Positions 1 through 10,520 are shown, counted from the first letter of the stretch. The stretch: 64,000 nt of DNA from Chthoniobacterales bacterium (GCA_036525185.1 DATDAW010000029.1:13162-77161); one strand, 5' to 3'. Notes: a model not told the origin generated them from the sequence alone. Made by a program: numbers and translations.

Positions 1-2
1 TC

Positions 3-2333
3 GGGCCGTTCGAGGAAATCCATTGCCCGGTCTGCGGCCAACTTTTTACCGCGTGCAAGCAGTTCAACCATTATGCCTTGCAATGCAAACTCGGCGAAGG
101 GGGGATGGGGACGGTGTTCGAGGCGATCGATGTGAATCTCCAGCGCCGTGTGGCGATCAAAATTCTGAACAAGGAATACTCGCAGGACGAAAAGAACATC
201 GAACTGCTGGAGACCGAGGCGAGGATCACGGCGTCCATCAATCACCCGCACGTCGTGAAAGTTTTCTCGGCGGGACGGGATCATGGCAAGTTTTATCTCG
301 CGATGGAGCTCGTGGCGAAGGGGACACTGGATCAGTTGATGAATTTTCAGGGGCGAATACCGGAAGTGCAGGCACTGGAGGTGGGTGTCCAAATCGCCGA
401 CGGTCTCCGGGCGGCGCTACACAATGGACTGATTCATCGGGACGTTAAGCCGGGAAATATTCTGTTCGCCGATGCGCACTTGGCGAAGATTGTGGATTTC
501 GGTCTTGCGCTGCTGATGGAAGGCGAGGCTAAAGCGCGCGGTGAGATCTGGGGAACGCCCTATTATGTGGCGCCGGAAAAGCTGAATTACGAACCGGAGG
601 ATTTTCGAAGCGATATTTACAGTCTTGGCGGCACGCTTTTTCACGCGATCTCGGGCCGGCCGCCGTTCGAGGCGGAATCAGCTTCGCTCGTGGCGCTTAA
701 GCACATGAAAAGCCAAAACGTGAGTCTCCAGGCATTTGCGCCGGATGTCTCGAACGAGACGGCTTACGTCATCAACCGGATGCTTAACAAAGACCCCGGG
801 CAGCGCTATCAGAGTTACGACGAGCTCATTGAACATCTGCAGTACGCCAAGGCGCGTCTTCTTGAACGCACCGCCGCAGGCCAGAGAACACGCCGGCGTG
901 TGCAGGTGGAGACCACTCATACTCAGACATTTATCGGCTGGCTCACGCTGTTGTTTATTTTGGCGTTCGTCGCGGGCGGCGTGTGGGTGTGGCTGAAACG
1001 CGACATCATTTTCGCGAAGCCAAATCAAGATATGGCCACGGAAAAGAGTTCGAGCCGGGACGGTGGCGAGAACTATCAAACGGCTTACGAAAACGCGCGG
1101 AAGGCAATTGTTTCCGGGGATTTTTCTGAAGCGATCGGGGAACTGGACAAAATAATCGAGTCCAATGACGTACCGCAACCAGCGCTAAATTGGGCAATAG
1201 CGCACAAGGGGTTGGCTCTCACAATGGTCGGGAGTCTCAGAGAGGCGCGCGAGATTTTTGAGCAATTGGAAACGGGCGGGCTCTATTCGGACAATCCGGC
1301 GGAGAATAAACTGGCCAATTTTTTCGTCGAGCTCGGGCGGTTGATGAAGCACGGTAAGCCGATCGTCGGTGGAACGACGCGGGCGTATGGCAATACGGAT
1401 TTCGAGGCGTTCGCCGTGCTGATTTTCGCGATGAAAGACTGGCAATTGAAAGCTTTCTCTGACGCAGGGGAGCTGCTGGAGCATTTCCAGTCGGGGCAGC
1501 TGATGCCGGACTATGTCTGGATCGGCGATTACAAGCAGCTTACGAAGCCGTATTTGGCTGACCTTCAGCTCTACAGGGCGCTCAAGGCTCAAATCGACGC
1601 GGCGACGACGCCGGAATTGAAGGCGGCGACACTTCAGGCCGTACGCAATGCACGGGGAAAACTGGCCACACAAGGTCCCTTGGTGGAGCAATTCACTCAG
1701 TGGGAGACGGAGCTTTCCAAAGCCACCGAGGCGTCCGCTGAGGCATCGCGTCTTGAGCGTGAGGCGGCTACTCACGAGACGGCTGAAAACGAGGCTAAGC
1801 TCTGGGCGAAGGAGGAATCGGAGGTGGGGTCGGCGTTGCTCGAATTTTCGCCGGAAACGATTTTACCTAAGATTTCCTCATTGAGTTTTGCGACGCCTGA
1901 GCTGGAGCGCGCGAGGACGATTGCCAGAAAGAAGCTGGCATGGCTTTCCGAATTGAAAGCTGCGTTGATCGATCAGCTTCCGGGCGGGAAGTATACCGGT
2001 GACGTCATCAATCGGTCCGGCGGACGAATCAAAGGCGGGGTTATCGCCGCCGACTCTGTCCAAGTTCAGATTCGATCGCCATACGGAAACATTCCGGTAA
2101 TGTGGAAGGCCGTTTCTCCAGAAACTGTGCTGGCGATGTCTGATGCATTGCTGATGCCGCCGAGAACAGGCGATGCTCAGCGCGAAGCGTATCAACAATG
2201 GCTGGCGGGCTGCTATGCCGTGTGTAGCGGTATGGACGCGAAAGGACGCGATTTGTTGATAGCGGCGGCTCAGACGAACGCGGCATTGCGCGACGAACTC
2301 CCCGTATTTTTCGAGGAAGCGAAGCAGCCGTAG
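3..2333 (+). CDS. Serine/threonine protein kinase, membrane-anchored, with a large C-terminal non-catalytic region (5' end runs off the window)
   Basis: The frame is open from nt 3. Motifs seen: Gly-loop LGEGGMGTVF, VAIK, catalytic HRDVKPGNIL, DFG, APE. One TM helix (FIGWLTLLFILAFVAGGVWVWL) is followed by ~430 aa of helical-looking sequence. Upstream residues HCPVCG hint at a zinc ribbon beyond the window edge. Confidence 0.9.
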   Translation, partial: GPFEEIHCPVCGQLFTACKQFNHYALQCKLGEGGMGTVFEAIDVNLQRRVAIKILNKEYSQDEKNIELLETEARITASINHPHVVKVFSAGRDHGKFYLAMELVAKGTLDQLMNFQGRIPEVQALEVGVQIADGLRAALHNGLIHRDVKPGNILFADAHLAKIVDFGLALLMEGEAKARGEIWGTPYYVAPEKLNYEPEDFRSDIYSLGGTLFHAISGRPPFEAESASLVALKHMKSQNVSLQAFAPDVSNETAYVINRMLNKDPGQRYQSYDELIEHLQYAKARLLERTAAGQRTRRRVQVETTHTQTFIGWLTLLFILAFVAGGVWVWLKRDIIFAKPNQDMATEKSSSRDGGENYQTAYENARKAIVSGDFSEAIGELDKIIESNDVPQPALNWAIAHKGLALTMVGSLREAREIFEQLETGGLYSDNPAENKLANFFVELGRLMKHGKPIVGGTTRAYGNTDFEAFAVLIFAMKDWQLKAFSDAGELLEHFQSGQLMPDYVWIGDYKQLTKPYLADLQLYRALKAQIDAATTPELKAATLQAVRNARGKLATQGPLVEQFTQWETELSKATEASAEASRLEREAATHETAENEAKLWAKEESEVGSALLEFSPETILPKISSLSFATPELERARTIARKKLAWLSELKAALIDQLPGGKYTGDVINRSGGRIKGGVIAADSVQVQIRSPYGNIPVMWKAVSPETVLAMSDALLMPPRTGDAQREAYQQWLAGCYAVCSGMDAKGRDLLIAAAQTNAALRDELPVFFEEAKQP

Positions 2334-2403
2334 CTGGAGCCCGACCTCGGCGCCTTTCGATCGCAAGAACTTCGCGGTCGAGTAGTTCCGGACGGCAGTC
2401 GAT

Positions 2404-3069
2404 TTACCCACCGGTAGGCCGCGGCGGGGTTGTCTGGGCGAGCGGTTGCGGGACTGCCTGTGCGAGAGGTGGTGGCGATGTAACAGGCTGCGCGCGCATC
2501 ACTGGAACCAAAAGCGGTAACGGGGCGTTGACGATGTTCACTGCAGCTCCCCTGCCAACGCGTGCGTAAAGATTCGCCACATCGACGGAACGCATCCTGA
2601 TGCACCCATAGCTCGCGGGCGTGCCAATCCGCCATTCCTCGGGTGTGCCGTGGATATAAATGTAGCGCTCGAACGCGTTCGCATTCCGAGCTTCAAGCCC
2701 TCTAAGCCAAAGAATTCGCGTCACAATCGGATCGCGTCCCGGAGCATTGGGGCGCAGGATTTCGCCCGTTGGTCTGCGACTTTTAAAAACAGCTCCGAGT
2801 GGGGCACCATCGCCGATCTTCTTGCGGACTTCTAGATGGCCAAGAGGAGTACCGTTGCTGCCAGGGCGGTCGCTCAGGCCGAACTTCGATGTGGAGACGA
2901 GATATTCCCCTGCGAATTTGCCTTTGTAATAGAGCCGCATCTTTTGGTCGGGGACGCTGACGAGGATGGAATGGTCGCGATCGACGGACTCGCAGCTGGT
3001 GAAAAACAGCAGTGGCATGACGAAGATGGCAGACAAACGCAAAACCCGAGCTGGCATGGTGCCCAGCAT
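2404..3069 (-). CDS. L,D-transpeptidase (YkuD domain), probable lipoprotein
   Basis: Canonical YkuD active-site stretch IHGTPEEWRIGTPASYGCIRM. N-terminal signal with FTSC lipobox-like site. The first codon of the track ORF at 3120 is TTG; ATG at 3069 (or 3057) is preferred. Confidence 0.85.
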   Translation of the reverse strand: MLGTMPARVLRLSAIFVMPLLFFTSCESVDRDHSILVSVPDQKMRLYYKGKFAGEYLVSTSKFGLSDRPGSNGTPLGHLEVRKKIGDGAPLGAVFKSRRPTGEILRPNAPGRDPIVTRILWLRGLEARNANAFERYIYIHGTPEEWRIGTPASYGCIRMRSVDVANLYARVGRGAAVNIVNAPLPLLVPVMRAQPVTSPPPLAQAVPQPLAQTTPPRPTGG

Positions 3070-3208
3070 AGCAGGCACGTCAAATCGGATGACTGGGATC
3101 GCAAAACCAGCCGCGCACAACCCCGAGGCACACCTTCACGCGTCAAATTACCTCGTTCGTGGTGGCCAATCCGATTTCTGACGGTAATTTACCGGCCCGC
3201 GCATTGCC

Positions 3209-6200
3209 ATGGTTACTCTCACTGAACGAATGCTGAACGACGCCGCCGGCTGGCAGGTGATGCAACATGCCAGAGCGCTCGTGAAAACCGGCAGGGTCGT
3301 GAGCGTCAATTACACGCCGCCAATTTTGAAGGGCCTTGTGCGGGAAGGTGATACGGAATATCGGGCCGGCCTGAAAATCATTTCGCCCTCAAACATCGAA
3401 AACATGTGCTCTTGCCGTGCCTCGCGTGAGTGGGGACAAATCTGCGCACATTCGGTGGCTCTGGGCTTGCAGTGGATGGCGCCGAAAACGACTGAACCCG
3501 CACCGGCTCCCTCAGCGGAAACACCCGTGATATCTTTTCCGTTTCGGGAAGGAAATTTCAGCGATCCGCGCTGGATCGAACTGCATTTGGTCGTCGGCCC
3601 GAATTTTTCCGCGCTCTTGACGCGGGATCAGCTGACTCTTGGCGTTGAAGCCGTTTTCCGGAAACAGTGGGTGCTGCTTCGTGCGCTGAAGTGGGACGCA
3701 CCGTATGCGTGTTCCGCGTTGGATTTGGGAATTTTGCGGACCATTTACGAGATCACTGGCGGGCAAGCACCGGGGATGATGACCGTTTCGCGGGATGATT
3801 TTGCGCGGATTCTGGCTGCAGCAGCAGGTTTCGACAGGCTCGTCGTGGCGAGGAAAGAGACGATGAAAATTGAACCCGAGCCGGTTCAGGCTTCGTTGGT
3901 GGTCGAAGACGAGCTGGATGGTTCGATTCAGCTGAAACTCGAGTTTCCACGACCTGATTTCCTGCTGACAAGCGCACGTGGCGCATGGCTGCTGCGCGGA
4001 CTGACATGGCAGCGCCTGGAGCCGGTGCTTCCGGGAGGCTACGACGAACTCTTCCGGCATCCGGTAAAAATCGCACGTGATGCGGCGACGAATTTTCGCC
4101 TTTTGGAGTTGCCAAAGTTACGCCGCCTTTTCGGCTTGGAAGGCGAAGCGGAAGTAGCACAGCCAAAAGGGCTTCCGATCGCTCCGGTCCAGCTCGAAAT
4201 TTCGCTTGAAGGCAGCTTTAATCACCTTCAAGCCATTGTTCAGGCGACCTATGGCACGCAGATCTTCACTTCTGGTAGCGCCGCGTGGAAGACACATCGC
4301 GTCGTCACGCTCGACGGACAGAAGTATTCCCGAAACATCGCCCGGGAAAACAACACGCTGGATCTGCTCACGGCTGCCGGCTTTTCCAGTCCAGACCCGA
4401 CATCGCACGCCTGCGTTCTTCGCGGCGAAGACAACATTCTCAGCTTTTTGGCGACTGGATTTGTGACATTGCAGAAGCTGGCCCATGTCACTCCAGGCAG
4501 CCGGCTGCGCAACCTGCTTGAACGGGTCGAAACGGTTCGCCCGTCGGTTGAGATCCGGTCTTCGGGAGAAAACTGGTTCGATTTGTCCGTCGAAATGACC
4601 AGCCAGACCGGCGGCCGTTTTTCCGCGTCGGACATCCAGCGGTTGCTCTCCATGGGCCGCAATTATCAGAAGCGTCCCGACGGTAAGGTCGTCCTTTTTG
4701 ATACCGGCGCACTCGACGAATTTCAGGAAGTGCTGCGAGATTGCGATCCCAAGCAACAGCAGCCCGGCCTCTATCGTCTGGCCAAAGTTCACGCCGGATT
4801 TTTGCAGACCAGTTTTGGCGATCATCCAGGCATCCACCTTCGCGGCGATGCAGGCTGGGACGATTGGACGGCGCGTCAACTGCAGCCTGTTTCACGAGAG
4901 GTGCCGCCGGACTTGCGGGATGTTTTGCGGCCTTATCAGGCTGAAGGCGTCGGTTGGATGCAATTCCTTGCTGCCAATCGCCTTGGAGGCATCCTCGCGG
5001 ACGAAATGGGGCTCGGGAAAACGCTTCAGACCCTGGCTTTTGTTGAGTCCAACGGCGGCCAGGCTCTGGTCGTCTGCCCATCCTCACTCGTTTTCAACTG
5101 GCAACGCGAGGCCCAGAAATTCGTCCCGAAACTCCGCGTGTTGGTCATCGATGGTGCGAACCGGGGTTCGCTTTTTTCCAAACTCGACGACGCGGATTTG
5201 GTCATCACCAGCTACGCGTTGCTCCGGCGTGACGTCGAAAAATACCGTGGACGCCAGTTCCAGTCGCTAATTCTCGACGAGGCCACGCACATCAAAAATC
5301 CGGATACGCAGAACGCACAGGCCGCGACAAGTCTCCGCGCCACACACCGCTTCGCGCTCACAGGCACGCCGGTAGAAAACTCTGTTCGCGATGTCTGGTC
5401 GCTCGCGCATTTTGTCCTGCCTGGTTACCTTGGGAATCGCGACGATTTCCGGGAGCGCTACGAGCTTCCGATCAATCGTGGTGATGCTCCGGAGCTCCAG
5501 GCCCGTCTCGCCAAGCGCCTGCGCCCCATTATGTTGCGCCGGCTCAAACGTGACGTGGCAAAGGACCTTCCCGAGCGCTTGGAGCAAGTCGCGTGGTGCG
5601 AGCTGACGACCGCGCAGAAGGAAATCTATCGCGGTCTGCTCGAACAGGGCCGGAAGAAGATCGAAGAAGCTGCTCTGGAAAAGAATGCTGGGAAAGGCCG
5701 TATGCAGGCGCTGACGGCGCTCCTGCGCTTGCGTCAGGCATGCTGTGACCTTCGCCTGCTGGGTCTCGGGGATTCCAAAATCAAGCCGGCAGATGTCTCC
5801 GCCAAACTCGACCTTCTGGAAGAACTCATCGAAGAAGCGATCGATGGCGGGCATCGCGTCCTCGTTTTTTCCCAGTTTGTAACGATGCTCCAGCTCATCG
5901 CCGACCGGATGAAAGCCCTGGAAATCCCTTTCGCCTACCTTGACGGTTCCACCAGAGACCGCGCCGCCCAGGTTGATCGCTTTCAGAACAACGAAGATAT
6001 TCCGCTGTTCCTTATTAGCCTCAAGGCTGGCGGCACCGGGTTGAATCTTTCCGCTGCTGACACCGTTATCCATTTTGATCCCTGGTGGAACCCCGCCGTC
6101 GAAGCTCAGGCAACCGACCGCGCCCACCGTATCGGACAGAAGCGGGTTGTGACCTCTTACAAATTGATTGCCCGGGACACTGTTGAAGAAAAAATTCTGA

Positions 6201-6304
6201 GCCTCCAACAGCGCAAACGGGACATCATTGACGCCACAGTAGAAAGCGAAGAACCAACGTTCGGCGCCCTGACCCTCGATGAAATCCGCGAGCTGATGGC
6301 TTAA
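3209..6304 (+). CDS. SNF2-family helicase with N-terminal SWIM zinc finger
   Basis: SWIM-like CSCRASREWGQICAHSVAL near the N-terminus. SNF2_N motifs ILADEMGLGKT and LILDEATHIKN. Helicase_C motifs (LISLKAGGTGLNL, QATDRAHRIGQ). Confidence 0.9.
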   Translation: MVTLTERMLNDAAGWQVMQHARALVKTGRVVSVNYTPPILKGLVREGDTEYRAGLKIISPSNIENMCSCRASREWGQICAHSVALGLQWMAPKTTEPAPAPSAETPVISFPFREGNFSDPRWIELHLVVGPNFSALLTRDQLTLGVEAVFRKQWVLLRALKWDAPYACSALDLGILRTIYEITGGQAPGMMTVSRDDFARILAAAAGFDRLVVARKETMKIEPEPVQASLVVEDELDGSIQLKLEFPRPDFLLTSARGAWLLRGLTWQRLEPVLPGGYDELFRHPVKIARDAATNFRLLELPKLRRLFGLEGEAEVAQPKGLPIAPVQLEISLEGSFNHLQAIVQATYGTQIFTSGSAAWKTHRVVTLDGQKYSRNIARENNTLDLLTAAGFSSPDPTSHACVLRGEDNILSFLATGFVTLQKLAHVTPGSRLRNLLERVETVRPSVEIRSSGENWFDLSVEMTSQTGGRFSASDIQRLLSMGRNYQKRPDGKVVLFDTGALDEFQEVLRDCDPKQQQPGLYRLAKVHAGFLQTSFGDHPGIHLRGDAGWDDWTARQLQPVSREVPPDLRDVLRPYQAEGVGWMQFLAANRLGGILADEMGLGKTLQTLAFVESNGGQALVVCPSSLVFNWQREAQKFVPKLRVLVIDGANRGSLFSKLDDADLVITSYALLRRDVEKYRGRQFQSLILDEATHIKNPDTQNAQAATSLRATHRFALTGTPVENSVRDVWSLAHFVLPGYLGNRDDFRERYELPINRGDAPELQARLAKRLRPIMLRRLKRDVAKDLPERLEQVAWCELTTAQKEIYRGLLEQGRKKIEEAALEKNAGKGRMQALTALLRLRQACCDLRLLGLGDSKIKPADVSAKLDLLEELIEEAIDGGHRVLVFSQFVTMLQLIADRMKALEIPFAYLDGSTRDRAAQVDRFQNNEDIPLFLISLKAGGTGLNLSAADTVIHFDPWWNPAVEAQATDRAHRIGQKRVVTSYKLIARDTVEEKILSLQQRKRDIIDATVESEEPTFGALTLDEIRELMA

Positions 6305-6315
6305 CGGCGTTATTG

Positions 6316-6412
6316 CTGTAGCCGGGTTGAGCGAACCCGGTCGGGTAGGTTGTAGCTGGGTTCGGTGAACCCGGTCGCACAATCTGGCCGGCCTCAATGA
6401 GGCCGGCTACAG
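6316..6412. repeat. Nested palindromic element: two 27-nt tandem units plus a 9-bp GC hairpin
   Basis: Units tgtagccgggttgagcgaacccggtcg (6317-6343) and tgtagctgggttcggtgaacccggtcg (6351-6377) match at 23 of 27 positions. Each holds an internal ccgggtt/aacccgg hairpin. A hairpin gccggcctc-aat-gaggccggc follows at 6387-6407. The outer ctgtagccgg (6316-6325) pairs with ccggctacag (6403-6412). Confidence 0.6.
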
Positions 6413-6498
6413 GCTGGAGAAAAGCGTCCAGACAGCGGTATTTTATTTGCAGCGGATTTCGGTTTCCCGGAGATTGGAAAACCCTTCCTGTTAGTTTT

Positions 6499-7887
6499 GT
6501 GCATGCAAAAGATTTAATTTCACTCGGCATTCCGGAAGGCGACGCGTTGAAACTCGCCTTGGAGCATTTGCATAGGCTCTTTGCCAACGGCCTCGACCGC
6601 GCACAGGTCGAGGCGGAATTTGCCGCGATCATGGCGCATCCGGAAGCGTTTTTCGCCGACGAAGAATACGGCAAATTCGCTCGCGCACTCGTGAAATCCG
6701 CCTTCGTTCCGCGCACCGAACCGGCTCCGTGGAAAATGTGGGGTGAAGGGCTCGAGCCGGAAGCCGTGAAGCAGATGACCAACGCCTGTGCTTTGCCAGT
6801 TTCTGTAGCCGGCGCATTGATGCCGGATGCGCATCTGGGCTACGGGTTGCCGATCGGTGGCGTGCTTGCGACGGAGAACGCCGTGATTCCCTATGCCGTT
6901 GGCGTCGATATTGCCTGCCGGATGAAGATGACGGTCTACGAGTTTAAAGGCGCCGACATCGCCGGGCAAAAAGACCGGCTGGCGAACATCCTGGAATCTG
7001 AGACGCGGTTTGGAGTAGGGGCAGTCTTCCACAAACGCAGGGAGCACGCGGTTCTGGATGAGAATTGGGACATCACGCCGATCACGTCCCAGCTGAAAGA
7101 CAAGGCATGGGCGCAGCTTGGCACCAGTGGGAGTGGGAATCATTTTGTTGAATTCGGCACATTCGAAGACTATGCGGGGCTGCTGGGGGGCGGACCTTAT
7201 CTGGCTCTGCTTAGCCATAGCGGATCGCGTGGGGCCGGGGCGCAAATTTGCAATTTTTACAGCAAACGCGCCATGGCATTGCACGAATATTTGCCCAAGG
7301 AACTCAGGCACCTTTCATGGCTGTCGCTGGACGAACCTGATGGTCAGGAATATTGGGCGGCTATGAACTTGATGGGACACTACGCCGCGGCCAACCATGC
7401 GTGCATTCATCATCATATCGCCCGAAGGCTGGGCATGGAACCCATCCTGGACGTGGAGAACCACCACAATTTTGCTTGGAAAGAAACGCATCAGATCGAG
7501 GGCGTGGAACGCGAAGTGATCGTCCACCGCAAGGGCGCGACACCTGCCGGAGAAGGGGTGCTGGGCATTATTCCCGGATCGATGGCGTCGCCAGGTTATC
7601 TCGTACGCGGCAAAGGACTTGCGGCGTCGCTCAACAGTGCTTCCCATGGCGCCGGACGTGTGATGAGTCGAACCAAGGCCTTGCAGTCTTTCACCTGGAG
7701 TTCCGTGAAAAAACTGCTCGCGGAGCGCGGCGTGCAGCTGCTCTCCGCTGGGCTCGACGAAGTTCCAGGCGTTTACAAAGACATCGAAGCCGTTATGGCG
7801 GCGCAGAGTGATCTCGTGCAAGTGCTCGGTCGATTCCATCCGAAACTGGTCAAGATGTGCCCTGCTGGCGAGCGCGCGGAAGACTGA
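6499..7887 (+). CDS. rtcB: RNA-splicing ligase RtcB
   Basis: RtcB signatures: GYGLPIGGV, GSGNHFVEFG, SHSGSRG, ENHHNFAW, PGSMASPGY, SASHGAGR. The track ATG at 6397 lies in the loop of the upstream hairpin. In-frame GTG at 6499 (VHAKDLISLGIPEG) is the preferred start. Confidence 0.9.
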   Translation: MHAKDLISLGIPEGDALKLALEHLHRLFANGLDRAQVEAEFAAIMAHPEAFFADEEYGKFARALVKSAFVPRTEPAPWKMWGEGLEPEAVKQMTNACALPVSVAGALMPDAHLGYGLPIGGVLATENAVIPYAVGVDIACRMKMTVYEFKGADIAGQKDRLANILESETRFGVGAVFHKRREHAVLDENWDITPITSQLKDKAWAQLGTSGSGNHFVEFGTFEDYAGLLGGGPYLALLSHSGSRGAGAQICNFYSKRAMALHEYLPKELRHLSWLSLDEPDGQEYWAAMNLMGHYAAANHACIHHHIARRLGMEPILDVENHHNFAWKETHQIEGVEREVIVHRKGATPAGEGVLGIIPGSMASPGYLVRGKGLAASLNSASHGAGRVMSRTKALQSFTWSSVKKLLAERGVQLLSAGLDEVPGVYKDIEAVMAAQSDLVQVLGRFHPKLVKMCPAGERAED

Positions 7888-8024
7888 TCGGAGCTCCTTA
7901 TTTCCGGTGTCCAAGCGTGTTGGCGACGGTGCATTGCCGAGGAGGATTTATCGTCAGAAGAAAGCAATTTGGAACAAAGCTGGACACAGTCCGGCGGCGT
8001 ATTCTCGTCCCCGTTTCCCATGTT

Positions 8025-10520
8025 CTACTGAAGGTCCAACGGCGGCGGAGGCTCGATGTTCAGTGCCGGTTGATTTTGCTGAGCGTCGAGTGGCAAAACC
8101 TGCTCGGCGCGGCGGACTTGCAGGACGCCTTGCTCCTGGCCGCTGGCTGCCGATTGCGCAGCCAATTCGGGTGGGAGCCCCTTCGCGTTTAGGGGTTGGG
8201 ATCCGGGATCGGCATTGAGCGGGACGGCGCGCATCACCGGACGGGCAGATTGATAGGGGTCAGTGTCGCCGATCACCGAAGAACTTTTGACAATGACTGG
8301 CTGGACGGTTGTCAAATTGATGGCTGCGGCAGCGCGGGGAATGGCGGAACTGGTGATCTGACGAGCCAGATCGGGCGCGCCGTCGCCGCCGTGGACATAA
8401 CAGGTTCCTCGGGGTGTCTGATCGCGCGTCGCAAACTCGAAATAGGTGGTTCGCTTTCGCAGGCCGTGTTCGTCTTCCTTGAAGCAGTCGCGAGTGGCGG
8501 GCAGACCGGACGCGGAGCAGATTTCGACACGTTCGATATTGGACGGACGAAGGATCTCCTTCGGTGGGAAATCTGTCGTTGAGGCGTTCATGATATCCAC
8601 CCAAACCGGCAGGACGATACGATTGCTGAAGGCACCCCGGTAAATCGGACGACGCTTATCGAAACCAGCCCAGACGCCGACTGTTAGTTCGCTGTCGTAT
8701 CCCACGAACCAAACATCAGTAAAATTGTAAGCGGTGCCCGTTTTTCCACCGCCAGGGAAGCTCTTCAATTTGAACTCCGAACTTGCGTTGGCCGCCGTGC
8801 CTCTTTCGAGGACGTCCGTCAGAAACGAATGCACTTCAAATGCCACGGCCGGACTCACGACCTGATCGCGCGTTGGCCGCGCCTGATAAACGACCGTTCC
8901 ATCCGACTCCTCGACGCGGGTGATGATGAATGGCTTTTCCGGCCGGGCGCCGCCGCTGGGAAAAATGGTATAGGCGAGGGTCAACTGTGCGAGCGACACC
9001 TCACTGCTGCCGAGGAATGTTGCAGGGAATGGCCGAAGATTCCCATCGAGACCCGCTTTCTTGGCCAGTTCGATGAGTTTTTCGAGTCCAACATCGATCC
9101 CGAATCGAACTGTTGCGGCGTTTTTGCCTTCGTTGACCGCTTTTCGAGCAGGGATCAGACCTTCGTATGTGTTGGTGTCGCTTTCCGCGCCCCATTCGCC
9201 GAGAATGCCGGTGTATCCGCCGATCATGACCTGGCGATTATCCAAGGCGGAGTCATCGACCAGTGTTCCGGGGAAAATGCCGTTCTGAAAACCCGCTCCG
9301 AAAACAAAGGGAGTAAACGCAGTTCCTGGCGGACGCATGGAATACATCGCCCGATCATAGGGGCTGTCGGCGAAATCACGTCCACCAACGAGTATGACGA
9401 TGCCGCCGGTTCCTGATTCAACTGCCATGACGGCGCCCTGCAGATAATCCGGCGCCGTGGCGGCTGTTGGGTTGTCCGTTTTTTCCTCGCTTGTATCGTG
9501 TTTCGCGGCTTTCCATTCCGTCATGGTCGTGCCGTTGAAACCCGGGTGTTTCTCGGCGATGGCGAGGTTTTTTCGGAGCGAATCTTCGGCGACCTTCTGC
9601 AAATCCGCGTCCAGCGTTGTGTAAATCCGGTATCCAGAACGTGCTGCGCTATCGAAGTCGAGTTCGCTGGTTACTTGTTGTCGGATATAATCGAGAGCGT
9701 AGGATTGGCCTCCTGTGGAGAGCTTCCGCTTTTTTACCCGGAGCGGGGTCCTGATGGCTTCATCGTACTGCGCCTCGGTGATGAGGGCGATTTCCTTCAT
9801 GCGCCCCAAGACGAAATCGCGTCCGGATTGCGCGGCATCGAGATTGCGCCAGGGCGACATTCCGTTTGGGCTCTTTAGCAGTCCGGCAAGCATCGCAGAG
9901 TCGCTGATCGACAGTTCGGACGCTGGTTTTCCAAAGTAACCGCGTGCGGCAGCTTCTGCGCCGTAGAGGCCTCCGCCGAAGTAAACGCGGTTCAGGTAAT
10001 ACTCCATGATTCTGTCCTTGGAGTAGTTTTGCTCGATGCGCCGGGCGAGGAAGGCTTCGACGATCTTGCGTTCGTAAGTGCGCTCTTTGAGATCGAAACT
10101 ATTGCGGGCGAGCTGCTGAGTGACGGTGCTGGCGCCCTGGCGGATCTTGCCAGCCTGGTAATTCTTGAGCGCTGCGCGGACCATGCCGATGTAGTCGACG
10201 CCGCCGTGTTCGTAAAATCGGTTGTCTTCGGCGGCTACGACGGCATTGGCGAGATTCCTGGAGATCTGGGAAAGCGGAACGACTTCGCGGTTCTCGGCAA
10301 GAATCTTACCGATTTGTTTGCCCTTGCGGTCGAAAATGAGACTTGCTGTCTCCATTTTGCCGAGCTGACTCAGGTTGTATTGCGCTGCTTTTCCCTCGTA
10401 CTTGGTTGTCCAGTACCAAAAGAAAATGAGCCCCGCGGCGAAAACGAGGGCAGCGATACCTGCGATGGTGAGGAACCAAGGGCGGGCGTAAAATGGAGGC
10501 CTGGGCTTATACTCCCACAT
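8025..10520 (-). CDS. Penicillin-binding protein 1A family (bifunctional glycosyltransferase/transpeptidase)
   Basis: N-terminal TM anchor. GT51 motifs EDNRFYEHGGVDY and GASTVTQQLARN. The transpeptidase region is followed by a Pro/Gln-rich tail. Confidence 0.92.
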   Translation of the reverse strand: MWEYKPRPPFYARPWFLTIAGIAALVFAAGLIFFWYWTTKYEGKAAQYNLSQLGKMETASLIFDRKGKQIGKILAENREVVPLSQISRNLANAVVAAEDNRFYEHGGVDYIGMVRAALKNYQAGKIRQGASTVTQQLARNSFDLKERTYERKIVEAFLARRIEQNYSKDRIMEYYLNRVYFGGGLYGAEAAARGYFGKPASELSISDSAMLAGLLKSPNGMSPWRNLDAAQSGRDFVLGRMKEIALITEAQYDEAIRTPLRVKKRKLSTGGQSYALDYIRQQVTSELDFDSAARSGYRIYTTLDADLQKVAEDSLRKNLAIAEKHPGFNGTTMTEWKAAKHDTSEEKTDNPTAATAPDYLQGAVMAVESGTGGIVILVGGRDFADSPYDRAMYSMRPPGTAFTPFVFGAGFQNGIFPGTLVDDSALDNRQVMIGGYTGILGEWGAESDTNTYEGLIPARKAVNEGKNAATVRFGIDVGLEKLIELAKKAGLDGNLRPFPATFLGSSEVSLAQLTLAYTIFPSGGARPEKPFIITRVEESDGTVVYQARPTRDQVVSPAVAFEVHSFLTDVLERGTAANASSEFKLKSFPGGGKTGTAYNFTDVWFVGYDSELTVGVWAGFDKRRPIYRGAFSNRIVLPVWVDIMNASTTDFPPKEILRPSNIERVEICSASGLPATRDCFKEDEHGLRKRTTYFEFATRDQTPRGTCYVHGGDGAPDLARQITSSAIPRAAAAINLTTVQPVIVKSSSVIGDTDPYQSARPVMRAVPLNADPGSQPLNAKGLPPELAAQSAASGQEQGVLQVRRAEQVLPLDAQQNQPALNIEPPPPLDLQ

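Noticed and set aside
5267-6397. 376-aa minus-strand ORF
   Set aside because: It lies antisense to the SNF2 helicase C-terminal half and has no motifs.
6397-6498. Upstream ATG extension of rtcB given in the ORF track
   Set aside because: The ATG sits in the loop of the GC hairpin of the repeat element, and the encoded N-terminus (MRPATGWRKASRQRYFICSG) is not RtcB-like. The GTG at 6499 gives a family-typical N-terminus.
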